Shown: one piece after another, positions 39,801 through 53,671 of the stretch
How the letters are laid out: each line of letters starts with the position of its first letter
Numbering within the stretch: position 1 is the first letter of the stretch
NCBI GenBank assembly: GCA_024679065.1
Contig: JAGIQG010000003.1
Location: forward strand, 46,624,001-46,688,000
Source: Sphyrna mokarran
Taxonomy: Eukaryota
DNA: 64,000 nucleotides
Direction of reading: 5' to 3'
The notes under the pieces: model-generated
The model's database searches: none
What the model saw: only the letters and a program-made list of their open reading frames with translations
Told to the model about the DNA's origin: nothing
Translations under genes and position numbers: made by a program

Positions 39801-40589
39801 TGATGCTATAACAACCCTGGTTTCACTCATCCTTCCTGTGTTCTAAAGCCCTGGGTCATAAAAACAAAGGTCTTTCCTCAGAAGCTAAGGATGAAAGTAG
39901 ATCAGAGACTCTCAGCCTGTCACCTTTGAGTAGACACTGGCTGATAACATCTACAGATGTGCAACTGAGTTAATTCTTTCTTTATTTATCCTCTAACTAA
40001 AACCACACTAATATTTATTCATTTTTGATACAGACACTGGAATAAATGGTGAATAAAATTATTAGAGGAAAAGATGTTTCAGATGCCAGTGTTTTGAATG
40101 TGGAGGTGACAGACCAAATGGCCATTTCTCATCTTATATATTCCTATGTTCTTATAAAATTAGCAAGAGTGGAAAGAGCAGCTTGGTGCAGAAACCATTT
40201 TTTTCTAGCCAGTCCCCTGGTGATATTTGTGATACTGATGATTCCTTTGAAATACAATGACTTGCGTTCACAACATTTATGGAATTACCAGTATCATTCT
40301 GGCATAACAGGTCTATTGGCATAGAAATTCCCCAAGATTTGAAATTTGTATTGATTGTGAATGTGTTGGTGTATGATTCAATATTCCCATCACACTTGAT
40401 TTTGGCTTGACCGTGACATTCACATGTACCTCATCCTGCACTCCCAGCAGGGTAAACGTGTGCCAGAGTGAAAGGGAATGCAAAATACGAAACAAAAAAA
40501 AACAGCCAAAAAGAAGTTTAGAACTGAAATATCGCAGCTTTTTGAAAACAAATCTGGATTTTTTTCTGATGAGGGCTAAAACACAAAGG

Positions 40590-41040
40590 ACTTAGGCTTC
40601 AGCCATGACTTGGTCAGACCAAATCTGGAGAACTGTATTAGTTTTGGGCTACCAACCTCTGGAAAGATATATCAGCTTTGGGAAAAGGTGGAGTATAAAG
40701 TTTCCAGAGTCATAGCAGGGCTTAAAGGATTAAATTGTGTGAACAGGTTGCACAAATTTATCTTATGTTTCCTGTCACATAGAGCAGAGTGGGGGGAGAA
40801 CGTAATCTAATTGAGGTGCTTAAAACGATAAAAGGATTTGATGCAGCAGACAAAGACAATCATCTATTTACTCTAGGTGAGGAAGTCAAAACAAGAGGAC
40901 AAAATCTTAAAATGAGATAAATCTTTCCTGGGTGTGATTATCAAGGAATATAATAATGGGGAGGAAATGCAGATCAACCTTAATCTAATTGAGTGATGCA
41001 ACTTGATTGAGGGCAGAATATCCTATTCATGTTCCTTTAT
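40590..41040 (+). mobile_element. CR1 3' fragment
   Basis: LVRPNLENC...LKGLNCVNRLHK matches the CR1 ORF2 C-terminus (LVRPHLEYC), followed by a 3' UTR-like tail. Confidence 0.7.
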
Positions 41041-41299
41041 AATCCTTTATAATTTTACATAACTTTTAAGCCTGATTTTAACCCATTCAAAACCATTCCA
41101 CTTGCAAAGAGTTAAAATCAGCCTATGAGTACACTTCCTTATCCTTGAATCATGCAGTGTCAAGATAGGCACATGGCAAAAGTGTACAAATATAAATAAT
41201 TTCTGAATGCTGAACTGCAGCTTGTCAAGAATTATTCTTCATCGCAAACCAACAGTTTCCGCAACAGAACGGAAAGATAGCAATAGATGATAATGCCGC

Positions 41300-41495
41300 T
41301 GTCCAAAGATGTGCAGGTTACGTGGATTGGCCATGCTAAATTGTCTCTTAGTGTCCCCTCAGGGGTATTAGTAGAGTAAATGTGAGGTTATGAAGATAGG
41401 GCCAGAGGTGGACCTGAGTAAAATGCTCTGTCAGAGAGTCAGTGCAGACTCAATGGGCCAAATGGCCTTCTTCCCCATTTTAGATATTGTATGAT
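41300..41495 (+). mobile_element. HE1-like SINE 3' half
   Basis: gtccaaagatgtgcaggtta..ggattggccatgctaaattg...tgcagactcaatgggccaaatggcc is the reverse complement of the tail of 23247-23543. Confidence 0.75.
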
Positions 41496-43255
41496 TATTT
41501 TACTTCAAGGGCAATCTTCTCAGGAAATGACAATATCAAAGCACTTCCATTGCAATGACATATTTGTCGCATACAGAGGTCACAATATTCATGACAACAG
41601 AACCAATAAATGAGATGGCAGTGTGAAGAGCTTTTGAGTATTTTCAACATAAGACATTTAGAATTTCTCATTCCGTGGTGTTTGATGCAGCTACACGCTT
41701 AATCAATTTCTTGTGGAAAAAGAAAATAAGATGTCAATTAATTGTGTGCTCAACGTGAAAATAAACCAGGAAGGTTCCTATTTGCCTTAAGGGGAAATTT
41801 GTTTATTCAGTCTTTATAGTTTTACAATACTCTGAACTGTTGGGTCTCTGAGTTATCAGTGCGCTGCAGAAAGCAGAAACAACATTGTGTGATGCAACTG
41901 CACATTAAATAAAGAATAAAAAGCCACAGATGCAAGGAGTCATTTTGGCCACCCTTTGTGCCATTAGAATCTAATTTTCTGCCTATTAAAATGTCCCTTA
42001 CTATTCAGGCGGTAGCAGTAGCCAATGATTGGTGTGTAATTGACTATAATTGTCTTTTCACTTTTCATTTATGTCATTCCGTGCTTCCTTCTGTTCTTCA
42101 ATTTATAGAAAGATTTTCAAGAAAATCCTACCTTTAACACTCTATCTCCTAGCTTTGAAATGACTCACTTTTAATTATAGATTCTGGTCCCTTGTGACCA
42201 ATATTAAAAATTAACTGGTGTACATATCAGATGACACCTGTGTCCAACTTACGCTGACAAATGGAGACAGTATATTTTAATAAAACGATAATGTCAACTT
42301 TCCACCAGCTGGTAATACATTTAAAAAGTTTAAGGCCTTTCCAATGCTATCTGCAATCATTCCATCTGAGGATAATTTACTGACCCACTGGTAACAAAAT
42401 GGATGTTCTGCAGAGTAGTAACATTCCGATATTAAATGTTAAAATCGCTTAATAAAGCATTGAAAGATAACCAATACATTTTAATCAAAAGGGCAAGTCA
42501 ATATTGACAGTTCCTATTTGTGCACCTAATATTATTTCCTGAGCTACATTCAGCAAATAGAGTGACTATTAATCATGTAGAATCAGTACAATCTCATCTA
42601 AACAGGTCCTTGTAGAAACAGCTCCCTGGGCATATTGTTTGTCAATTACTCTTATGCTTTTTATCAATTCTCTCTTAAAATTCGCTATTCAGTCTATAGA
42701 TTTACTATATATAAAGTAGCACTTTTGAATCACACTGTAAACACTGTATGCTGCGTGTATCAGTCTGTGTCTGCATCAAATGAAAAATGATAAAATATAC
42801 CAGTTAGGCACAGTAACAGAAAACAAAAACATGCATGAAGCAACTGAAATAAAAATATGAATTGCAAGGTAGGGAACATTTATCAATACTGCTGTTACAG
42901 TAACTTTGAACTTCACATTGGATAATGGTTTTAGTTCCATTTGTCAATACTTCTTAGTAGCTGTTCTAAATATCATGTTTCAATTATTTTTCCACTCTGT
43001 GACTGAACTTTATTTTTTTCTCCTAAAAAAAGATAGATGCAGCAAAATGTTTATCTTCTGAAGTGTCAAGGGAAGCAAGTGTCTGAAAAATTAGTTTGAA
43101 CAACGAATAGTCACAAATTCGCGGTCACATGAGCTGCACAGACAGATTTGTGCAATGATTTAAGTTTAGAAAATGCTTCTTCAGTTTTGCCTTGGGTAGT
43201 AAACTATTTGGTTCACAGATACAGTAGACACCCTGTTTTGAATCACAAAACTGAC

Positions 43256-43470
43256 CTGAGGTGAGAGGCCGTTGCTAACTGTTGGGTTCATGGGATTGGT
43301 AGAGCCTGTAGGAGACACAAAGCTGTCTGTGTACCCTGAAAATCCATGCCTGCTGGTGGATAAGCAGTAAGCTGAACTGCTGTCTGGAGTAGAAGGGAGG
43401 CTGCTCTGGTGAACTGATGTCGGAGGCAGAGGCTGTGGCCTGTGAACTGTGTTGCTTGGATCTGAGATTG
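43256..43470 (-). CDS. PAX3: PAX3 exon 7 (transactivation region)
   Basis: Encodes (A)[71 protein letters not shown]. Acceptor ctttcag|, donor CAG|gtcagt. 215 bp, phase 1 to 0. Confidence 0.96.
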
Positions 43471-45183
43471 CTGAAAGCACAATAACATTTATTGTATCAG
43501 TAACGCTGCATCATTTTCATTTCGTAAGAAACAATTCAATTGGGTCGAAAGGCAATTTGATCATGTAACTATTAAATTGTCAAAAAATACTTTAAAATGG
43601 TGATTATGGAAACATTTAAAATTTCAGAATTATAGTTTGATAATGCACTGTCCACAGAAAAACATGACTGGAAAGTCTATTTTTATTTTTTATAAACACA
43701 TGTTGTGGTAATGTAAATGCCATCATTGTCAAGTGCCCTTTGCATTTCATGTTACAGTGAACAAAATGATTTGAAGGCAAAGTATAGCATTGGCATGGAG
43801 CCTCACTATACAGGAAGACAGGTCAGAGGATCTGATTCATCATCATACCTGATTAGCAACCCTCTAAATTTCCAGTGATTGATTTAAAAGCTGGAAAACT
43901 TAGAATGCTACAAATTGGACACACTGGTCTAGATTTTCTCTGAACAGAGTAAATCCTGATGTCAGGACCATATGTGGGTCCCCAGCGCATAATGTAGGCA
44001 GCCAGACGGCAGTGGCAGGAGGCAGCTTCTAATCGGCCACTGCAGAGCTCGCACTGAAGGATGGCAAAATGGTTCTCCACTGCCAATCTGATCAGTGCCT
44101 CTCATGGCAGCACCAAGAGAGATGGCCAACACTGAGGTTGCGGGGAGAATGAAAGGCCACCTCCATTTTGAGGCACCCTTAGTAGGGAGTAAGAATTTCT
44201 TTTTCTTGTCAGAGTCAGGCAATTAGACTACAACAGTTAGAGTGGTAGTTTCTCTAAACCTAGTGGCCATGGAGATGACCTTTGCAATGAGGCTTGGATC
44301 CTGTGGCTCTGATGCCAGTCACCCCCTCACCCTCCTTGTACCTGGCAGTTGGCTTATACGGCAGAGCCCATTCACCAACTGCAAAATGCCAGCAGTGCCT
44401 CTCAAAATGGCCCCCTCAAGGTCATTAATTATTTCAATGCACTGATCACCTCCAGGTTGGCAACATGGCCCAGCAGTGGGACTGCAAGAAGATCCCTTTT
44501 GCCATGGCTCCAGCATTTTAGGAAGAACCCACCTCCCAGCTTGTCACCTGCAAATTCTGCTGAATGTAAGCTATCCCAAAGCTTCAATCTGTCTTCAATC
44601 ATGTAAGGGTGCATATTGGGAGCATAAGCTTCCAAAACCTATTTTTTTTTTAGCTTTTTCCCTCTCGAGCAAATGTAGTATTTGCTAAATGCTCTCTCAG
44701 AAAGAAACAATTTCATCTTTCTTACTAGTACAATAGCAATTGCACCTCATTTAACATACCAAATACATGTTACATTAAAGACAGCCTCAATATGATTAAA
44801 AGAGATGCATTATAATGTCTTGCATTATATATTGTTGGATTGATCACTCCATAGTATAAACAGAACAACATTTAGCACAATAAATGTTTTCTTAAATATT
44901 TATGAATAATATTGGACTTCACCTGTACGGAGAAATGTATGCATATATTTTACATTCCCTTGTCATTTTCTATTTGTATGAAGAGTGCAGGTGTAGAAAG
45001 GCTCAAAAAGCCTGACTTTTGACTATTCAAGACCCACTCACTTGCATAGCATTAAAATTGAACTCATGCATCAGGTCTGCCTCGAAATTCTGGAGATTGG
45101 AGTGCAATTTCATTCTTTTCCACCATTATGCATCACTACCTATTTTAGCATCAGTTCCTCTTAGCGTGCATTAGCTTTCAGTT

Positions 45184-45330
45184 CTTTCCACTCTGGGGCC
45201 TGGTTTAATGCCCTGCCAATGTTGATGGGATGAAAGTCTCCAGTGTCTGTTGGCTGCAAGGGTCCCATATAATAATGGTGAGCCTTCTTGTAATCAATCC
45301 CTAGTGAATGTGGATCCATTCACTAATTTG
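45184..45330 (+). mobile_element. LF-SINE-like ancient SINE fragment
   Basis: Colinear with the LF-SINE consensus as I recall it: ctttccactctggggcctgg...gaaagtc...tctgttggctg...ccctagtg...tccattcac. Confidence 0.45.
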
Positions 45331-46582
45331 AGCTAAATTGGACATTTCAAGGTGGAAATAGGTTTTTGGTTGTGGTTTGGAATGAGCAACTTCAATAAGA
45401 AAAAATATGAGTGCAGTGTAAAATGGGCTGCTGATTTGCTGTCACTCATTTTATACTCCAACCAAAGAAGAATTTCATCCCACCCTTCATTCCCTATTTA
45501 AGATGGAAAAGATAAATGAGAGCGGTAGAAAGGTACAATTAGGTAAAGCATCTATGAATGGAAATATTTCCTCCATGGACTATGCTATAATGAAATGCTC
45601 AGCACTGTTTATGCAAAAGTTTATGATTTTATTACACACAGATTGTGGAGGCAATCTTTTAACATGTGGAAAAGTGTAAAGTGAGTTTAACTTCACATTG
45701 AACGTGATTGATAGCACTAGTCCCAAACTGGTAAGTTTTCCATTTCCTTGTGCCAACATCTTGAGGATAAAAATTCACCCCAAAATGTTTCCTTAAATCT
45801 ACACACTAAACTTGTTTGATAGCTATTTAGCATAACTGGAGGTTATTTCAATGCCATGCAACATCTGGAAAAAATGACTGCAGTAGAAATGTCAAACCAC
45901 TTTTAGGAATCATACAAAAAAGCCTCGTAGGCACAGAGATCAAAACAAATGGAAAAACTTTATTACTGGAGGGTAAAAAACAAATTAATAACAATTATTA
46001 AAATTTTGTTTAGTTGCCCCACAATTTTAAAAAATGATTGAGATATTCTTATATAATTTTGCAGAACAACCATCTTTACTATCAGAATATGGGATCTCCA
46101 ATATTTAAATAGCATTGGAGAAAATTTTGTCTTAGAGGCATTAGCACTGGATGAGCTAATTGTTATGTCTCACTTGATATTTTTATTTAGCTCTACTGAA
46201 TTCAGTGAGATGAAGTATCAGATTATAATATTACAGGCAGCCTAAACTGTAACTGTCATTAACACTACCACTCAAGAAGATTTTCTACCTCTATCTTTAT
46301 TCTCCCAAGCTGAAGGAAATATCACATCAGATGTGTAGCTGTTGTGAAATTATTTCCTTTTTCTTTCCTTCTGGAATAGTTCACTTTTTTTTACTGCAAT
46401 AAAGATAAAAGCCAATACTAAATTCTGGGACTTTTTTTCTGAAAGTTTCTTGGCTTATTCTAAATAATTCAGGAGCACACAAATCTGGGCAGATACTTTG
46501 AATTGACAATTCCGAAATCTCATGCTGTAAGAGATACAGACATCAAATGTTCACATAGCTTAAATAGGAGGATTTGTTTTAC

Positions 46583-46748
46583 CCTGTGGTATGGATGTAG
46601 GAGGATAACTGGCATCAGACAGCTGATAAGGAGACAACGCTGGCATTGCTGTAGGTGGGAATCCTCCAGGGATCAGGTGATTAAATGCCAATAGTTGATT
46701 GGCTCCTGCTTGTTTCCTCCAACGAGCACGGCGATTGCTGAACCAAAC
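46583..46748 (-). CDS. PAX3: PAX3 exon 6 (homeodomain helix 3 end + start of P/S/T-rich region)
   Basis: Not in the ORF track (no ATG). Manual translation gives [55 protein letters not shown]. Acceptor ttattag|GTT, donor CAGG|gtaaaa. 166 bp, phase 0 to 1, with the S50 homeodomain residue typical of Pax. Confidence 0.97.
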
Positions 46749-49700
46749 CTAATAAATTAAACAGGATCACTTCCAGGACAGTTTTAATTGAATTGAATTT
46801 ATTTTAGCACAATTATCACTATAATTAAAATATGAATAATAAAATGAAAATAAACAAGCATGAGCAGAGTAATTCACAGCTTGTGTGCAAAAAGAAGTGC
46901 ACACTAAAAAGTGAAATATTTCAATATACTAATTGAATTTTGAAATATGTTTACTTAAGACTGCATTGGGCCTATTGAAAATGAGCACGATATAACTCAA
47001 AATACTATAATTGAGCCAAATATATATCCATATATCAATATTAGTGATGCATTGAAGATTCACATGATTAGGCAATTATTTGCAGTAATCCTGATAGCAA
47101 GATTATAGAAATTAAGCTATTAAAAATGATCTAAAACTCTCCAAGACAATGCCAAAGTAAATGCCAAACGCAAAAGTCTCCTCTATCTCTACCCAAATAT
47201 TTCTGCAATCGGTCACTTTTCGGCTTACTCAATAGGGCATGCTCAGACTCAGTAGGAATAAGGAATTTTCAAGGAAATAAGACTTTCAAAAATTTGGTAT
47301 AAATCTGGGCACGTTCCAATTCATGTGACGGTATCTGTACAGAACCTGAACACTTCCTGAACAAATCCAATATCTATTCCTTTTACTTTCAAAAAGATGT
47401 ACAAATCCTAATTTATTTCCGTGAAAATGATAATTGTGTGGAATTAAACATGTCCAGGTTCTTAAGCAGTTAACTGTCATCAGGTGTTTTATTGCCATGC
47501 AGATGTTTTGGGATAACGGTCTCGATTTAAAAGGAGCAAAGAACCATCATATAGCTGTCATTTTTTTTAAGTGCTAAAATTTATTACAAGAAATAAAAGT
47601 TGGCAGACTTAGTATTCCTACTGTTTGAGAAAAGTTAAATTCCCAACACTGAACCATCGTGAAGAAGTCACTGATTGACTTAAATCTGTCATTCATGCTG
47701 GGTTTAGTAAAAGATCCATATGTTAGTTGTTCTGGGGAATTTAGCAGGGAAGTAGATCACAGCAAGCCACATAAAAGATGATAGGCCTCATGAGACCAAA
47801 TGAAGCTGTGAGGAATGCAGAGAAGTCACAGGGTTAAAGCTACATTGTGGCAGCTGCTGCATTAATGTGGCTCCTGCATGCACTGAAGGGCAAGTACTTA
47901 GAAAGTGTTAGTACTCATACTTCACTCACAATCACTCCTGGAGCTCTGAAAGCTGAATGTTTGTGTAGATAATAAAGATTTTGATGGTGAACGGCATTAC
48001 ATTATGTGTTGCAGCTCTTGTTATTTTCCAGCACTCCTTTGTGATGTTAGACAAATGCCCGAACATATGTGAGATAATACGTCAATAAAGAGAGGCAACT
48101 ATCCTAAATTATTTTATCCAGTCCCATAACCACAGCGCTTTTCCTTCCTTGTCATGTGATCTCACAGATAGCCCTCTAGTGTCTCAGCAGCACAGCCAGA
48201 ATGTTGGATATTGCTTAAGTGTTGGAATAGTTATTCAATTTGGGATTATTGCAGTTGCGTCCGACAGAGTTCTTATCTGATGCTCATTCATGCACATTTT
48301 CTAACTGAGTGCCAGGATAATGATTGAGAGTAGAAGCTTGGTTAATTGCTCCTCCTTTTAACCATGCGGCTTTGAGGTCCATTTGTAGTTTCTAACCAAG
48401 TTCAACAAAATTTTGGGATCGAACCTGACACTATTCTGGTCCATATTAATTAGGATTTTCTTAGGTAGTGCACGACAAGCCATGAGGGAGCTAACCAAAA
48501 TGAATGTTTAATGTCATAAGGGTGATGAGGTGCTTACTGATTTGGCATGGTGGACTCATGAGAAATCCATCAACTCAGTCACTGAGAAAGATCTGGAGAA
48601 TTCTGCACTATAGGTGAGGTCCAGGCTGCTTCAGAAGGGGCAAGGAGTGATGTAATTGAGTAAGTAAGCAAGCAAGAGAATTTTTGTTGTGCACCTAAAT
48701 GTTATTACATTTAGGATGGTCTTGAAAAATGCACCTGAAAGAATGCAGCAGCCATTTCATCTCCAGAAATCCCTTCAAGGCTGCGTCCTAATCTTGCAAA
48801 TGGATGGTGCAAATGCAATGTAACTACCTTTCAAAATTGTTTTAGGATGTTATGTACGTCGTATGATACCAGTTTACAGATAGCAGTGAATTAGCCTCAA
48901 TGTTACGTTTTGGGTGGGGAAATATTCTTACTAATCCCAGCTTTCTACTCTTGGGCCCCTGCAGACATATTGTTCTAAAAAGATTCCAGCATTATCCCTT
49001 CAGCTAACTTGCTTGGGTCACTCCTCCACTGGTGGGTCCAACAAGAGGCCAGAAATGCTCTCCCACCTCATTTGGAGGCTAATGCTGGGCTTATGCTTGA
49101 GAGAATGCAAATCCAGTGATGCTGAATTTGAGAAGTGCTAAGAATCCTGGAGAACCGGGAACACATAACTGCCACTGCAGTTTCTGCCTCCCCTTTCTCT
49201 TTCCTCGGCAAAATGAACAGGAAAATTTTTGATATTTTCAGGAAAAGAGATGCAGCGTGGAAATTGAGCAAAGGGCTCCAGAGGAGGAAATTGGCAATGA
49301 CATAGACAGAGGTAGCATGACATTGTTCTCCTATTGTATTGAAGGTCTAATTGTAATGGAGTCATTTCCAACTCACTGCTGAAGCTATGTGGAAAGCAAA
49401 AGTGGATGATTTCTACAATGATAGTTGTAACTTAAAAATTATCCCCTATGGGTTTTGAGCAATATGAGTGAACAACTTTCATTCTACATTAATATATTCT
49501 GAAATAATGCTCTGATTCTTCAAATTTGTTCCCATGTAAAAGGGTAGTTAAATACAATAATCTATAACATAAATTGTCTGCGAGCAGTTTAAATCTTTGC
49601 TATAACGAGTAGGTATTAATGTGCAGTAATTTCTCCAGTTCAGGTCATAACCCACATTATTAGTATAAATAAAACTCTTCTGGTGTAGAGCAGTTTCATT

Positions 49701-50204
49701 TATGTCATTGATAAGGCCTAATGATAAATGCTCTTGGCTACATTTATCAGCAGCAAAGAAGCCACTCTATGATTACTATGTTCTCATCTACACTCAGTCA
49801 CACGCTTAATGTCATTTCATTTTAGGTACTGTGTGCATCTGAGCACAGGTGTATATATCAGATCAATCTGCTTTAAAATGCTTGAAAACTCCAAACTTAT
49901 TACATCGCATCCAAAATATCTTAATAAACAGGGGATTGGTTTATCACAGAGCACTGTGTTCAGTAATGCAATAAATCAGAGTGCATTTATTAAATCAGCC
50001 TGAGATTTTCGAAATCCAACAAAAGTACTTCAAAATACATTCAATGAACTAAACTGACTAAACTCAATTTTTCAAATAATGAACAAATCAAATTTGTTTT
50101 GACGTAATGCCTTATTAAATTTCACGAATGGTTAATGTTTAGAACTTAGTATTGTTCTTTGGAACATAGTGCACAGATGATCTACAATTTCAGCTGACAA
50201 ATCA

Positions 50205-50432
<228 letters not shown>

Positions 50433-50689
50433 TTAATGATCTGTAGTACAGAGACATGTGACAACAATTTCACAGTTGGGTTAATTCACAAAAGCAAATG
50501 TTTATAACCTGATTTGTGTTTACATGCAAGCCCTTCACAAGATGTCCATTCACAAATGAATTTGTACATCATGTATGCTTTGAGTTGTAGCAGAAGGGAA
50601 GTGTGCCACCAATGGCAAAACATGCATGAGCAAGAATTTTGCTTCAGGTATCTGTTCATTGCTTTACGTGCAGTTAAAAAGAAACAAGG

Positions 50690-51290
50690 ACTTGCATTCA
50701 CATTGTGCCTCTCATAATCTCAGTGTATTCCAGAATACTTTACGACTAATGAAATAATGTAGTCATTACTGTAATGTAGAAAAGGCAGTAGCCAATTCAT
50801 CCACAGCAAAATCCCAAAATCTGCTTTTTAAGTTTACTTATTAGTGTCACAAGCAGACTTACACTAATACTGCAATGAATCCATTGTGAAAAATCCCAAG
50901 ATGCCACACTCTGGTACCTATGCAGGTGCACAGAGGAAGAATTTAGCATGGTAAATGCACTTAACCAACTCGTCTTTGAACTTTGGGAGGAAACCGGAGC
51001 ACCCTGAGGTAACCTTCAGAGACATAGGGAGAACATCAAACTCCGCAAGCCAGGAATTGAACCTGGGTTCCTGATGCTGTGAGCAGCAGTGCTAACCAGT
51101 TTGCCACCATGCCATCCTATTGATTGAGGAATAAATATCTGTCAGGACACAGGGAAGAAATCACATTTTCTTAAAAAAATGCCATGAAATTTTATACATC
51201 TACTTGAGAATGTAGACAAAGCTTTCCTTTGATGTCAATCTGAAAAATGGCATCTTCCCTCTATACAGCTATCCTTCATTTTGCACATCT
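50690..51290 (-). mobile_element. Deu-domain SINE (SacSINE1/AmnSINE-like), split by a younger V-SINE
   Basis: The minus strand shows catggcatt...gtgtcctgacagatatttattcctcaatcaa | ttttgctgtggatgaattggctactgcc..ctacattacag..aatgcaag, the Deu core plus an L2-like tail. Confidence 0.6.
50825..51113 (-). mobile_element. V-SINE with alternative (non-CR1) tail
   Basis: Same tRNA head and V core as the HE1-like copies, but the tail ttcattgcagtattagtgtaag..cttgtgacactaataag is shared with 57656-57936. Confidence 0.8.
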
Positions 51291-53329
51291 GATGTGTTCC
51301 AAATAAGTACATTAAGGAAAACATGAATTTCCTGCCTCACATAACATTTCATGTATTGACTTAATGTATTTTAAACTATGAGGTCTGTGAGATTATTATA
51401 TGTTGAAACTGTAGCTTTAAATTTAAGGTAATTGAAGGAGTAATCTGTTCTGAAGTCTGCTTGACTGTAAACCTGGACAGTTTGATAATCAGAAATCAAA
51501 AGACGGCCTCAGTTGTTCCACTGAGAAGAAGGTGTAATGTAGTGATATTTGCAGGCAATAGCAACTGTCTCTGGGTTTGCAATGAGTACATTCAATCTCC
51601 CAAAGTTTCAGAACGGTGATGAAGGTAACATTTTGTGCTGTAGACGGCCCTTTCACTTCTAAAAGGAAATGGAGTTGGGATTAAGGATAGCTAATTAGCA
51701 TTTCTTAATGTGTTTCGCATTGTCATGGGGAAGAAGGCAGAGGAAGCTATTTTAGAGATCAGATTACAGGCTCTCCTACAAATCAATGAAAATTTCAGCC
51801 ATCAGAAGTTCTGCATGGTCAGCAGAGACCGCTTGGCTTTGTGAGCTGTCACAGCTTGATGTGGGAGGGAGACAGTCATTCGTCAAAGAGGTGCAACTAG
51901 TTGCCTTTTGCAGAGTCTGGGAGATTTTGTTCCAGCGTGGCTAGTGAAAACTGAGAAAGATACTTGGAGATGTCATTCAAAGAGGGGATGCGGGAACCCA
52001 TTGGAAGTTGGGAGCGACTGTGGACTGTTTGTTATGACGGTCAAAAGCATTTCTTGACCCATGCAGAATAACCATGATAAACTGAAACCTGAGGTCAGGT
52101 GGATGGCAGCACTATTCAGGAAAGTTCCCGAAAAGCTCAGAACAGAGAATTTTCATATTGCACAGGAATGACAACCTAGATTATCTGATAAAATGTTTGC
52201 AATAGCCTTCATTCCATTACCTACTAGTTCGAGTGCCATTGCTGACATTCTCTATACTCTGCAATTAAAAGGAAATATCAATCCCAGAATTGCTGAAGTA
52301 GTCTGATGCAAAAAGCCTCTGTAAACCCAGAAGCATGTGAGTGTGTTAAAAGTAATTTTATATCAGCAAGCTTTAGAAAACTTGCTTTATGAAAAGATTA
52401 TTTTTGTTCCCTGTATACTATACCGTCGGTAAAATGTGCCTCCTTTCTGTAAACAGGGACTAAGCAGTCCAACACTAATGCCACCTGTCAATGAAAATAG
52501 TTTAACAGAGATGGTCAATTCCAGGAAGGTGTGGTTTATAAGTCTCACCAACTGACTTCTGCTCTTTGACCCCTGGCTCTAGGAACCACAGTTTTAGTGC
52601 AAGTAAGGATGCAAATTAAATTTTCACAGAATTGACTTCCATAGTAACATTTGGAACTCATTTTATAGTCACTCAGTCTGGGCATTTCTGTCTGTATACA
52701 ATAACACTTCAGCATTCTGTATGAACAGTAAAATGTACTATGATTTTATGCTGAATATCTTTCTTAGCTGATAGTAATTCTAATAAGATTTAATTTTAAT
52801 TAATGCAATGAAAAATAAAGGTGACATTTTGTCTCAATAGTGGAGGCACATTATTCAAAATGAAATTTTAAAGGACCCTGCAGAAGATTAAATTCAAACT
52901 ACAGCAATGGCTTTAACTAAGACTCGCAACCCAACAGTTTTATTTTAGCAGTTGCTGAAGGGCTGCTGTATGATTGTACCTGTTGTACAAATTCAATTTC
53001 AGTCAGACTATCTTCACAAGTATGTACTAACCCACTTGCACAGACTTATATGGAAGGAAGTAACAAGATCAATTGAGCAGCAGTTTTCCTGATTTAATTA
53101 TAAACTTTTCAAGCTACTTTATCAAAGTTCTGCCGGGTCACCAGGCTTTATGCTGTGTCGGTTACCCATTGCCAAATTATCATTGACACTATGTAAGTGG
53201 CCCTATAAGGGTGATTGTCACTGAGATGGTGCATGGAAATAACTGCATTGCAAAGAAATGGGGAAATTTGTGGCAGGGAATGTGGGGTCAGATCTTACAG
53301 TTGGTACTCCTGCTCAGTCAAGCTTTCAA

Positions 53330-53640
53330 TATCCTTGTCCTTATCATCATCATCAAACTATTCCAGCAAGGATTTTCTTCCTTCCTGATCCTCCTCCTCA
53401 GCATTATCATCACTTTCCTTCTCTTCTTCATCTTCTGCCTCCTGTTGTTTTGATGGACCTTGAAGTAATTAGGGGCACAAACTAAGCATATTTGAGCATA
53501 ACCTCTTTGAGAAAAGGAAAACAGAGAAAGGTAGGGGAGCATTTGCCTGTACTCTGTTCCATAAATTGCCATGGCTACTCTGCAAATGTTCACACACTTA
53601 TCTGACACTTGTGCTATATGACAACTCTCATTATGTTTCA
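53330..53640 (-). mobile_element. Possible Harbinger transposase C-terminal relic
   Basis: The minus strand has HNES..., ..QRG.. and an acidic tail (QQEAEDEEEKESDDNAEEED), typical of the end of HARBI1-like transposases. Heavily decayed. Confidence 0.35.
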
Positions 53641-53671
53641 CAATGAGAGCAGGGTGCTCTTAGATGGAGTT

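Noticed and set aside
46503-46694. Plus-strand ORF overlapping exon 6
   Set aside because: It is an antisense shadow of the PAX3 coding exon.
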